Assembly (NCBI GenBank): GCA_950097015.1
Contig: CATNEN010000025.1
Coordinates: forward strand, 620,001 to 684,000
From: Macrostomum hystrix
Lineage: Eukaryota; Animalia; Platyhelminthes
DNA: 64,000 nucleotides
Reading direction: 5' to 3'
Both the position numbers and the translations under genes were made by a program. Positions within the stretch are counted from its first letter, which is position 1. Each line of letters begins with the position of its first letter. Positions 12,505-23,126 of this stretch are shown here, in pieces. The notes below the pieces were generated by a model. That model had not been told where the DNA came from. It was given only the letters and a program-made list of their open reading frames with translations, and searched no databases.

Positions 12505-13586
12505 TCCCGCTGGGACTCAACTCTGACATTTTGCAGACTGTTGGTTCGATTTCGGACCGAAATTCACACGAAATGTAATTTCGACCCGATTTTGAACCGT
12601 TTTAGAGCCGAATTTCATCTGCACTGTGTCGGGTCAAAATCGGCGGGCTGACTGTCGGGAAAGTTTTGGACCGATTTTTCCACGACTCTCACCCGAATTT
12701 TATCTGTTCTGTGTCGGATCAAAATCGGCTGACTGTCGGGAAAGTTTTGGATCGATTCTTCCACGACTCTCACCCGAATTTCATTCCTCGTTTGATGCTT
12801 AAACAGTTTTTTACCTTGCTTTGGCTACCATTTGCTGCGCATTTAATCAACAGGAATGCAGATTATATTTTCCGATGGTTCTTAGTATTTATTGTAAACA
12901 AGTGCCATTATAATTACACTAACAAAATAACCGTGAGCAGTGCAAAAATCTGAAAGGTGTCCTGATCGCGACATGATCTTGTCTACAGTGTAGTCTTTTA
13001 ACTTTTTTGCCGTTGCGTACGCAGATCGTATTAGGCAATTTTCTATGTTTTCTATTTCCACACGAGTTTCGTACTACTCTTCAGATTCCCTCCTAGTTAA
13101 AACGCCAACTAGAGTCTCTATTTCATAAGCATGTACATGTACAGATGAATATCGATGAAAGTCGGGTCTTCAGTGTCCGGCGAAAGTCGTGTAGCAGTTG
13201 GTCCGACATGTGCAGATGAATATCGATGAAAATCGGACGGATATACATCGTCATATTTCTACATTGGTGAAAGTCGGAGTTATTTTGGGTGAAAGTCGGA
13301 GTTGTCGTTACGGTTTTTTGAAAAATCGATGAGTCGTCGATTTTCTCGGGCCGATTTTTTACTTTTGGTCCGACAAAAACCGATGAAAATCGTACGAAGA
13401 TGAATGTCGATCCGTTTTTCATCTTTTGTTTGCGACTTTCGTCTGCCCAAAATCGACCCGACGGCACCGACGCCCCAACAAGATGAAAATCGGGAATAAA
13501 TCGGCCCGATTTTCCCTTTCTTTGTGTCGGGCCGTTTAAAGTTGAATGTCGGAGTTAGCTGGCAGTTAGCGGGTCTCCCAGCGGGA
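12505..13586. mobile_element. Non-autonomous TIR element inserted into a dispersed repeat
   Basis: Termini TCCCGCTGGG and CCCAGCGGGA with subterminal AACTC(T/C)GACATT symmetry, and an apparent GA duplication. An uninterrupted host site lies at about 19134-19240. Confidence 0.75.
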
Positions 13587-13994
13587 GACCACGTTGTGGT
13601 ATTTCAAATACCCCCTGCCTACTTCACGATAGCCACAAACCGATGACCGATTTTCGTTAAAGTCTTGCATATGAATCATAATTTTCCGCCATTTACGATG
13701 AACATACTTCAACGATGATGAACCTCAACGATGATGAAACTTTGTGAGCAGAACAAGTACGAACATATTAGGTTGTTTTTGCCACCAGACACCCGGACGA
13801 GAATCGTTGAATATCTCAACGATGCAGATGTTTTGTGGTTCTGAAAGTTGTTTCATCGAAAAGAGCGGAAAAATTAGGCCGTGTTCTGGATTTTCATGAT
13901 GATTGTTTGAATATTTTGGGATATACTGAAATATTGTGGATATTTTAAATACCCCCGTGTTCTCTCAGCTGCTAACTGACTCCTGAGGACACAC

Positions 13995-14125
13995 GGACGC
14001 AGTGGTGTAAATCTGTTCTGACTTTCTCATTGTCAGTGTACACTCTCACTGTGCCTTGGAGGTTGGCCCTAAAGGGTGTAAATTGCACGAAAAGCCCCAA
14101 GCCTTCTCTCTGCGACTGCGCCACC
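13995..14125 (-). mobile_element. SINE family 2 fragment
   Basis: Reverse complement of GTGCAATTTAC...AGGGCCAACCTCCAAGGCACAGTGAGAGTGTACACTG, which is seen at about 27775. Confidence 0.7.
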
Positions 14126-14963
14126 AGATGAGAATTATGGAATTATGGTAGACTTGCTACTCTGCTTACTCAACTCCTATTGGGTTCGGTTAGTGCATGG
14201 ATGGGTGACCAAATGCTTTTGTCTTTTTCTCTTCTTCTGCTACGGGCATTAATTACTATTCAAATCTATTAAATCTTGCAGCTATAATTGCCCCACTCTA
14301 CACAACTACCTGCCCCTGTATGCACTTTTAACTGATTTTATCATAGCAATGAGCAACTCGGCCACCTGCATAGCTACCTAAGGTGACATTGTTGGCGTTT
14401 TATTTCCAAATACGAGTAGCATTAATATTTCACGCCAAGCTCTGTGGTTGATGTTGAGCACAAACACTAAAAAGTACATGTACGCGCGACTACTTGCAGT
14501 AGAGTAAATTGGACGAAATATACAATTCACATGGTCTGGTCCGGTTTACATAGACCAATGGTTTAAATACCAGTTGGTGTTATATTTATCGACAAAACGG
14601 TTTAAGCCCCCTTAAAGCCCGTATCCTTGGCAACAACAGCGCATCTAAGCTCATAAAAAAATATGTATACTATTCACTGCTGTGACTGATTGACTATTGA
14701 CTATTGGCATCTAACAAGACGCCAGATGACAAAGTAAAACAAAACCATGTCATGCCATCGCTCCCTGTTGTGTATTGGGTTTCGTCATAAATAATGTTTG
14801 CCGATAGAGGAATCTGACTTGCCAGGAAATTTGAGGATCATTTCGTGCCGTGGAATGATTTTTTTATTCCAACAGGGAAAACTTACTAGGATATAAACTC
14901 TGTAAAACCCTTTGTCTCTTTATTCGTTTGCATGAATCAGGAGTCTGTGTTATACTCAAAACT

Positions 14964-17900
14964 ATGAAGATCCCAATGCTTTTTTGGTTTCTAGTGCCAC
15001 AATTAATTGATTGCATTCCTAGAATTTTAATAGACGCCATTTACGATGCCAGGGTACCGCTGACTGACAAGAACACGCGCGTCAGGGTCTCCATGACCTA
15101 CAGAGGCTCGCGTCTTGATATCAGCAATGACACTATTGGTAAGAGAGACAATTACTTTCTGTGAATATGATAGTACCTGTTTGTTTGTTAACAGGTGATT
15201 GTGTGTCTAACATGTGCTTGTGTGTCTAACTGGTGCTTGTGTGTCTAACAGGTGCTTGTGTGTCTAACAGGTGCTTGTGTGTCTAACAGGTGCTTGGGTG
15301 TCTAACAGGTGCTTGTGTGTCTAACAGGTGCTTGTGTGTCTAACATGTGCTTGTGTGTCTAACAGGTGTCTGTGTGTCTAACAGGTGCTTGTGTGTCTAA
15401 CTGGTGCTTGTGTGTCTAACATGTGCTTGTGTGTCTAACAGGTGCTTGTGTGTCTACTTTAACTGTTACAGTTAGCTATTTACCTAAAATATCCTGAATC
15501 TTAGATTTTTTCCCCGTAAAATAGAGGTGTGTAATAGGATTTTTCAGTTCATACCTAACCGTCCACTTCCCAATGACGTCACTGCAACACCCGCACGCAG
15601 GCGGTGGCGCTGTGTACTTTCAGTTTGCCAGTCAGAAGGCACCTTACAAATTCGGCGAATCGATCAGGCTGGCAATTTTACAGTCGACAACATCCGCAAA
15701 CTACGCCGGCGGCTTCTTTGAAGTCGGTGGCTGTTGGGCTACGCTGAGCATGGGAAACTGGAACTGCTCCGTTGTCAATGCTTCATCTGCGGCATTCGGC
15801 CTGCTAATGTACAAGGTTCAAGGTGCGGCTTTTAGGAGGGCTAATTTACTATTGTTAGCAAGTCCCTAATAATTAACTGATAATTTATTAATTACACCTT
15901 CCCCGATTGGGTCAGATGTGCAGCCGACAGCACAGCCGCAGCTATTGCTCGGCGCATCTGAAGGCTGCGCACGGCAGTTCAGTCCATGGACTGGGGAGAC
16001 CCTCAATTACCCCAACTGATGCTGGTACCCATTTATCAGCTGGGTAAACTGAAGGAATGCAGACTTAAGTATCTTGCTAAAGAATACAAATTGTTCCAAT
16101 GGGTATGGGAATCGAACCTCCGACCTTCAAGTCTTGAGTCCGACGCTCTAACCACAAGACTACAACCTCCCTTTCGAATTTCGCATTAAAGTCCCCGAGC
16201 TCGAATCCGCGGCGAGGCTACATTAAATTGGGGCGCAGCAGCGGAGAGAAGGTTCAGATGTCAGCTGAATGGTCCCGGGTGAAAATTGATATTAATTAGT
16301 AATGTCTGGAATTCTTTCTGATTATCAGCTTCTAAATTTGTTATTCTGGAATTATTTATAAGCCGCTAAGTTTCGCTTTTCATCCAAAAATAGACGCCAA
16401 ATACGAACTGACCGCGGTAAAGACGGTGGACTTTTGCAGCAACAGCAGCAGCGCCAACTTAACATTTCAATTGTTGGTGTTTCACCACCTCTCAGGTGTT
16501 TTGCATTCAAGTCTGACGGTGAAAAGCTCGAGTAAGTTGCGCAACAGACGATAATTTGATTCAAATTTATTCAATTCAGTTGTGGCACATGGCGCTAAGG
16601 CCCAAGTCATATAGCCCAACGAAAACCCTGCTTTCCCGTCTCACAGTCCTTTCCGCGGTATCGTCGCGAGAGCAGGTGTTCGGCATGCAGCTGCCGTTCC
16701 TTGTAGCTGCTGGTGACTTACTCCTAGCAATGGCGGTGCCAGCGACAGTCAGCTTCGGATGCAGCCCCGTCTACAATGAGACCTGGAATCCGCAGTTGGG
16801 AAATAATTCGTGCGACCTGGTGACGTCACCGCTTTCCACCTTAATGACGCCACAGCCGAAACTAGTGTACAGCCTGACAGGTGCGAACGGCAAATGGTGA
16901 AAGGACCTAAAGTTTCAAAGAGTGCCCCAAAGTGTGAATTGTATGTTGTCTGTTACCTGCTGCCCAGAACTGCAGTGTGTTACCTGCTGCCCAGAACTGC
17001 AGTGTGTTACCTGCTGCCCAGAACTGCAGTGTGTTACCTGCTGCCCAGAACTGCAGTGTGTTACCTGCTGCCCAGAACTGCAGTGTGTTACCTGCTGCCC
17101 AGAACTGCAGTGTGTTACCTGGTGCCCCCTAAAATGGAGCTTTTTACCTGCATTTTTATTGTCTATCGATACCCCCTAAGCGATTCCTAATGAGTATTCA
17201 AAGCAGTAATTGTGGTACAAACGTTGATTTTCGAACTAAATCTTACAGAGCGCAATCCGGACAGAATGTACTTTATTACGATTCGATCGGCCGAGCTACT
17301 TGTCACCAGTAACATGTCGCTCACTGATCCATTTGTTACTGTACAACCTGTCACCGCGGAGGGTGTTTTAGGGGCCGAGTTAGACAGTTCACCTGTGGTG
17401 CATGGTGAGTTTGTTTTAGCCAACTGCTGACAATGGCTGGGGCTACACTATAGGCAAATGTCAACAAACACATTCAGACCGCTTGAACGCCACTCTGAAC
17501 TACACATTCCGGGCAGCTTTCACCAACGGCAGTCGACTCCGCCTAGTTGTGTGGGATGACGATACTGGCCTCCTGCCCGAGCGTCAGCAGCTGCTGGCCT
17601 GCAGCCTCACTGTCCGCCCAATGATCAGCGGCTCGTGCGGCTCCTCGGCTGCTGGGGGAGTGCTCAAAGTGTCGGTTGGGGAACTGGGTGAGATGTCACT
17701 GCTCAATAAGCAACCGTTTGATTAACTAAAAACCCCTGGTCGGGCTCGTAGCTGTTCCTGTCATCAGGAATGTATTGGCGATGTGTTCATGTCGTCAGGA
17801 TGTGTTCCTGTCAGCAAGGTTTTGACGATGTGGGTTGTGTGACAAAAAGTCACGGCAGATGTGATTGAGTGTGTACCTGTGAGCATACTCATGGGCTTAT

Positions 17901-18921
17901 GTTGTGCTCAGAGTCTCCTGGAAGGGGCAAAGTAGCAATATAATTGCAATTAGCATTGTTACGAGCGTAGAATTGCCACGACGAATGTACCTGAACTCAC
18001 AAATTTCCAAGCAGAATCAGGCCTACTCAGCGTTACGGTACTGTCGCTGTCGTCGCTGAAGCAGGCAGACTCGGGTGAGCCACCGCTCTTATTGGTTGCT
18101 GCCAGGTACCCGACATGCAGCAGTCTCGAGTTGTCACCCTCGCAGCCAATCGGTATGTTGGGGTGGGGTAATAGCCAAAATCTGCGGCAGGGCCTCGTTC
18201 ATTTGGGCTGCAGCCACGGAGAGAAAGAGAGAAGGCTTGGGGGTCAAACCCCAAGTCAAGAGGGTCAAACCCCAAGTCAAGAGGGTCGAACCCCAAGTCA
18301 AAAGGGTCAACTCCCAAGTCAAGAGGGTCAAACCCCAAGTCAAGAGGGTCAACTCCCAAGTCAAGAGGGTCAAACCCCAAGTCAAAAGGGTCAACTCCCT
18401 AGTCAAGAGGGTCAAACCTCAAATCAATGGGGCCAACTCCCAAGTCAAAAGGATCGAACCCCAAGTCGAGGGCCAACTCCCGAGTCAAAAGGGTCTACTT
18501 TTCCCTCTTTTTTTCCTACGCTGCCTAAAAATGAAAACATTCAGGCAGGTGTACGCACATGTATCCGTGTTCATTTGTGTACTTATGCGTCAGCGGAATG
18601 GGCAGCATTGCCTCCTCACTGGTTTCTTCGCACGAACATTCTTCCCTCAATAACCAAGACTCAGTTCAACGCCTCGCCCGCTGGGATCACCCGCTCAGCA
18701 ACCTCGTTCGGGCTGGCACCGCCGTGCAGCTGGTGGTGCAGACGGCCAGCGGTAGCAGCGGCGTGCAGCTGGGATCGCTGAGCCACCCGGTGGCCTCCGT
18801 TGGCAGCTTCGCCTACGCACTGGGCGGCACCTTCGGCGGCCGGCTCTGCATCAGTGTGACGAGTAAGCTTTTCCTTTCTTCTTTTTCGTCGGTTTTTTTC
18901 AATCTTCTCTACTATCAGTAG
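14964..18921 (+). CDS. Predicted secreted protein with tandem C2-like domains, uncharacterised, about 484 aa
   Basis: Exons 14964-15138, 15538-15822, 16647-16880, 17249-17404, 17478-17687, 18021-18152 and 18659-18921 (or a donor at 18863). All introns are phase 1 with an open frame. Signal-like MKIPMLFWFLVPQLIDC; C2 motifs FITIRSAEL, TDPFVTV and LRLVVWDDD. Confidence 0.62.
15186..15457. repeat. 19-bp minisatellite in intron 1 of the C2-like gene
   Basis: GTGCTTGTGTGTCTAACAG repeated about 14 times. Confidence 0.95.
15912..16162 (-). mobile_element. SINE family 1 copy, near full length
   Basis: The reverse complement reads TGGTTAGAGCG (A-box) then GGTTCGATTCC (B-box), followed by a CORE-like CAGTTTACCCAGCTGATAAATGGGTACC segment. 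Confidence 0.8.
16947..17122. repeat. 27-bp minisatellite, intronic
   Basis: TGTTACCTGCTGCCCAGAACTGCAGTG repeated about 6 times. Confidence 0.95.
18190..18640 (+). mobile_element. SINE family 2 copy carrying an internal 21-bp minisatellite (18238-18490)
   Basis: Flanks GCAGCCACGGAGAGAA and GGGCAGCATTGCCTCC match the SINE at 27655. Unit ACCCCAAGTCAAGAGGGTCAA. Confidence 0.7.
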
Positions 18922-19099
18922 GCTATTTAGTCTAAAACAGTTTACAAATTTAAGTATTACAAAGGCTTTATTGCATCGCGGACTCCGGGCGAATCTCAAA
19001 GCCCGGATTTGCTCGCACAGATCTTGTCTAGAAAGATACGGGATACTACTTTATTGGACTTTACAAATCACGGACTCGCACAGATAAAATACTTTAATC

Positions 19100-19490
19100 A
19101 GCTTTCGATTTTCAGCATTTAAACAGTAGAAAGACCACGCTATCCCCCGCTGCATGGGAACGACCACGGTGTGGTATTTCAAATACCCCCCTGCCTACTT
19201 CACGATAGCCACAAACCGATGACCGATTTTCGTTAAAATCTAGTGACAAGGACAACTAGCATTACTTTGTATTAACCTCAATGGCGAATTCATATTGGTT
19301 CAATAATACAAACATTAAAAATATAATCAATACAATATAAGAAGCAATTCTCATGTGATTCTGGAAGTTGTTTCATCGGATGGATTGGAAAATTTTAGGC
19401 CGTGTTCTGGATTTTCATGGCGATTGGTTCAATATTTTAGGAGATGCAGAAAAAAGTATTGGAAAAATACCAGCGTGGTCTCTCTGCTGT
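19100..19490. repeat. Dispersed repeat, second copy of the sequence flanking 12505-13586
   Basis: GTGGTATTTCAAATACCCCCTGCCTACTTCACGATAGCCACAAACCGATGACCGATTTTCGTTAAA is shared with 13596-13660. TTAGGCCGTGTTCTGGATTTTCATG is shared with about 13876. Confidence 0.8.
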
Positions 19491-20014
19491 CAATAAATAA
19501 ATTAACTATTTTAACTTTTTCGGGAGAAAATTACTACTCGTTAGCTGCACAATTTCCATATTCGCTCGCAGGCTTGGATAATGCGGCAGATTTCATGAGC
19601 GAGTTCAACTGCAGTTCAGCCGAACTGGGTAAGAAAAATGCAATGAAAGAATGCACACAACTGCTTGTGTGCGCGCATGGCACAATGCTTTTATAAGAAA
19701 TACTTTGGAGACAATCAGAGCAGCGAAGGTAAACTGAATAGGTGAGTGGATGGGGACAGTGGGTTGAGACCGAACACTGGCCTCGGCTAGCGCGTGCTCA
19801 CCGCTCAGCACGTGTTGAGAGCGCAGCAGAAACCCCCGCCCGCCCATTGTCAACTGCGCGCCTCCATCCAGTTTCTATTTCGGAGGAAAAACACGCAGGA
19901 AAGGCTGCAATACAATACAGAGACAGAGAGACTGCGGCAACTGTGAAACTACAAAACTAAACTCTCTCGCCAGTGAGAGACAGTGATACAGTGCTCAAGT
20001 AAGCGAGCTCCCAT

Positions 20015-22595
20015 ATGCAGCAGGAGCCGAACGAGAAGCTCCGCGACCGTCTGGCAGCGGAATCCTACAATGGCAACCAGTCGGAGGGAGGCGACAGCGG
20101 CCAGCGGGCGGGCAAATGGAACCGGCTGACAGGCCAGGACGATGGTGAAGGCAGGGACAAGTCGTGCACACTGTGCGGCCTGGGAACTTCAGGGCTGGTG
20201 CTGCTGCTGCTGCTGATTCTAGCTCTGGCAGCTGTGGCCATTCTGGCCAGCCTGTTCATCATCAACGTGTACAGGAATGGCTTGGAGTGCGCCACGGACA
20301 ACTGCGTGCTGCAGTCGGCGTCCATGCTGCGCTCAGTTGACCGGTCGACGAAGCCGTGCGAAAATTTTCACCAGTTCGCCTGCGGCAACTGGGATCACAC
20401 AAACCCGACCCAACCTGGCATCGGCAAGTACTCCAACTTCTACAAGGCCACTCGGGATAACTTCCTCAGGCTCTACTCGCTGCTGAGTCACGGCTACAGC
20501 TCCAGGCTGCTGATCCGGGGCCGGCGGAGTCTCGCAGCCGAGAAGGCGCTGAGCTATTTCGACGCTTGCAGCAACACAACGGCTAGGGAGGCCCTGGGTC
20601 AAAAGTCTGCTCAGTCACTGATCAGCCGTCTGGGCGGCTGGTCGCTCACCAGCGACTTGGCCGACACTCGTTCAGCCAGCGACGATCCCGGAGACATTGG
20701 AATTTTCGAGCGCATCGCCAAGGCCAACGCTCTGATGGCGCAGCCGTTTTTTCTTGTTCAGCCATCGATCAGTGAGTTCAACCATCGCCGACGAGCGATA
20801 CACATCAACCAGGTGAGTCCTGACTGTCAAATTTTCTAAATCAATATTTATTATACGAGCGTAGATTGTTATAGATTGTTTGTTGATTGACTTGCTTTAA
20901 TATCAGTTTGGCCTCACTTAAGCGAGTGCTCAAGAAATTACTGTACAGTTTTATCTTTGCTAAAAAATCCGTCAAACATTGCAGGGATTTGCTCCCTACC
21001 AGCGCAGCGCACTGCTCACTTCGGGCGAGAAGTTTCATCAGGCCTACCTGGCCTACGGTGAGCAGGTTCTCAAGGCCACCGGTTCAACTGTCGGCGATGC
21101 GGCAAGGAAGCGCCTCGAGCAGCTGTGGGAGCTGGAGGTGCAGCTCGAGCGGTTGCGCAACTCATACGTCGAGCGAAGACGCGTCGCGCCAAAGATTGCG
21201 AACCCGAACCGCTTCGAGATGATCCTGGCTGAGCTGTGCGAGCGAATCAGCGCCAAGCTGCGGCACCTGTCAATCAGCGCCGAGACGATAATGTCGGAGG
21301 CAATTCGCCTGTCGCCGCAGTTTCTCGGCGTACGCATTCGATCAACGACTCTGATACGGTTGGACAACTTGGACTACATCCTCGGCCTGGCCGAGCTGTT
21401 CGCGCCCGCCATGGCCGCCAAGTCTCCGGCGTCGACGCTGCTTAGCGACTACGTCGTCCTGACCACCCTGCGCTCGTTTGTGCACGCCCTATCGGATCCG
21501 TTCCAGGAGGCCAGGCGTCAAGAGAAACAGAAGATCTACGGGAACAATGTGTTGGACAATCTGTGGCTGTACTGCACGGGCAAGACCGACCTGGCCTTCA
21601 AGTTCCTGACTGGCGCACTGGTTCTGCAGCGAACAATAACGCCAAAAACGCTGGCTAAAGTCAACTCGCTGGTGAACAGCATCCGCAGTGAGCTGAGAAT
21701 GGTTGTCAACGAAGCGCCCTGGATGGACACCGAGACTAAGACCAGAGCCCTGGCCAAGGTGGACCGCATCAAGCAGACAGTTGGCTATCCGCACATTGTG
21801 CTTAGCGCCTATAAGCTGGACAAGTTCTACGCTGACATCGCGGTAGAAAAGGACGACTATTTTAAATCCTATTTGAATGTGCGCGCCACCAAGAGAAAAT
21901 GGTCTATCAACCACCTGAGCTCCAGGGTGCCGCATCACAGCTTCGAATGGAGCCACAGTCCGCTCACGGCCAATGCGTTCTACGCCCAGACCGCCCTGCG
22001 CATGACCATCATCGCCGGCATACTGCAGCCGCCGTTCTTCGAAGAAAGTTTCCAAGAAGCATTCCTGTACGGAGCTCTTGGCTCCATTGTCGGGCACGAG
22101 TTGAACCATGCATTCGATGCTCGCGGACGATACTACAATGCCACCGGCTGCCTGCAGCAGTGGTGGAGCAACGCCACTAGCGATGAGTACCGCAAGAGGC
22201 GCGACTGCTTCGTGCAGCAGTACAACAACTACACAGCCTACGGCATGCACAATCGCGGAGAGCACACTGTCGAGGAGAACATGGCTGACAATGGCGGCCT
22301 GTTCGTGGCCTACAGGGCGTTTCGAAGGTACCAAGATGGCGCCAGTGACGCTGGCTCGCTGCTTCCCGGACTCCGCTATTCGCCGGATCAGGTGTTCTTC
22401 CTGGCCTTCGCCCAGCTCTGGTGCGGCCATGTCACCCGGCAGTTTGGTCGCAAACTCATGGAGACGGATGTTCACTCGGTCTACCAGCACCGGGTCCTGG
22501 GGACCCTGTCCAACATGCCGCAGTTCGCCAATGCATTCGGCTGCAGCTCCGGTTCTCCGCTCAATCCAGCAAAACGCTGCTCATTGTGGACCTGA
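20015..22595 (+). CDS. Neprilysin/ECE-like M13 zinc metallopeptidase, type II membrane protein
   Basis: Exons 20015-20812 and 20985-22595, 802 aa. TM segment, PCENFHQFACGNW, NAFY, HELNH zinc motif, EENMAD and C-terminal RCSLW. Confidence 0.92.
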
Positions 22596-23126
22596 AAATC
22601 TCATTGTGCTGACTGTGTCCCTGCCCCCCTCAAGGCCTCCCTGCTGCCTAGCGATAGTGCGCAAGTATTTTCCTCAGATAAGATTAGCCGATGATAATTG
22701 CACAGGAAAGTCTAAAAAATGTGATACAGAGGATGTTTACTAATGCTTTCGATAAATAATGTACGCACTCGTACGCCTAATAATAACACTGCGGCAGTTG
22801 CGGCCTCTGGCGCGCTCCTCGCCCTTAAATAAGAGTTTATTTAAAATTCTCTATTCTTCGGTCATTTTCTACAGAAAACGTCTAAACGTGTTGCAATATC
22901 AAAGAAATTAGTACTCGTACAAGAAGTAGAAGAAAAACTTATTACGACAAGCTGTAAAAAATTACACAATGTTCCATAGCTCATAAGCTCATTGCAGTTG
23001 ATCGATTGAAACAGTCTAAAATATTATTGGTACGAGCGCACTACTGCCAGCATTAAGTAGTACAGCTTGAACTAGTTTTTTAATAGTTTAATTAATTTAT
23101 TACATTTTTGGCGACTAGATTTACAA

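Noticed and set aside
15912-16162. Possible tRNA genes at SINE heads
   Set aside because: The A and B boxes run into a shared repeat body and no complete cloverleaf is evident, so they are SINEs.
16685-16900. MQLPFLVAAG as the start of a separate secreted protein
   Set aside because: An in-phase acceptor at 16646 links it to the upstream exons as internal exon 3.
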